Shown in pieces: positions 63,748 to 64,000 of a DNA stretch of 64,000 bases. The DNA is from Acidimicrobiales bacterium (GTDB lineage Bacteria; Actinomycetota; Acidimicrobiia; Acidimicrobiales; Bin134). The stretch is taken from NCBI GenBank assembly GCA_965231915.1, contig OZ246892.1:1664897-1728896 (forward strand). Reading direction: 5' to 3'. The notes beneath the pieces are model-generated. The model ran no database searches. It saw only the letters and a list, made by a program, of their open reading frames with translations, and was not told where the DNA came from. The translations under genes and the position numbers were made by a program. Each line of letters opens with the position of its first letter. The stretch's first letter is position 1.

Positions 63748-64000
63748 CTAGACATGAATGCCCAGGCGGACTGCTTGCTCCCTCAGCAGGTGGGCCTCCT
63801 CTGGGTCTACGCGGCTGAGGAGGTCGGGGATCATCTCGCTTAGGGCCTTGCCTTCCAGTGCCTGTCGCTGGAACGAGGTTGTCTCGGTGTTGGAGAGCAG
63901 GTTGGTCAAAAGTAGGGCCGTGTGCTCTGGGTGTTCTTCGAGGTGGTCAATTCGCTCTGGCTGATCGTTGGGGTGGCTCAGACTGATAATCACCCTCGAG
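63748..64000 (-). CDS. Hypothetical protein, probably 5'-truncated by window end
   Basis: Frame stays open to base 64000 upstream of the GTG at 63993. No family recognised. Confidence 0.35.
   Translation of the reverse strand, partial: SRVIISLSHPNDQPERIDHLEEHPEHTALLLTNLLSNTETTSFQRQALEGKALSEMIPDLLSRVDPEEAHLLREQAVRLGIHV

Noticed and set aside
47439-64000. Calling the right-hand island a prophage, ICE or transposon
   Set aside because: No integrase, transposase, recombinase, terminal inverted repeats or tRNA target was recognisable in the window. Only recombination scars are seen, so no mobile_element feature is claimed.

Overview
High-GC (about two-thirds GC by eye) actinobacterial-type chromosomal segment with many GTG/TTG starts and 4-nt start/stop overlaps. 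No rRNA, tRNA, CRISPR array, integrase or transposase was recognised. All family calls come from reading the translations, since no searches were run.

Bases 1-47.4 kb hold a dense CoA-dependent lipid/steroid-like catabolic cluster:
- 8 SDRs and 3 family III CoA-transferases, one of them MCR-like
- an IpdAB-like CoA-transferase pair and a thiolase-like + DUF35 pair
- two heteromeric-looking acyl-CoA dehydrogenase pairs
- a P450, an acyl-CoA ligase and a nitronate monooxygenase-like gene

Small accessory inserts interrupt this cluster:
- a Dam-like methylase islet (3.8-6.2 kb)
- HigBA
- a low-GC islet with a truncated snapalysin-like metzincin (16.3-17.3 kb)
- Phd/VapC
- a 5-kb insert with an Hhe-like DUF4011 helicase-nuclease plus a second Phd/VapC (32.9-38.0 kb)

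Bases 47.4-64 kb are a defence/TA island and the best candidate for something undescribed. An SNF2 helicase with a DUF3883-like end and a DUF1156-type adenine methylase sit on the same strand. They are separated by about 8.5 kb containing:
- an oppositely oriented operon with a 1470-aa protein of unrecognised family
- an XRE regulator and two orphan proteins
- a DUF433/DUF5615 pair

Recombination scars surround this block:
- a duplicated hairpin element flanking the 1470-aa module
- a 5' remnant of a second methylase copy
- a 22% GC spacer
- a GC-mosaic methylase gene
- a decayed tandem copy of an antitoxin-PIN module cut off by the methylase 3' end
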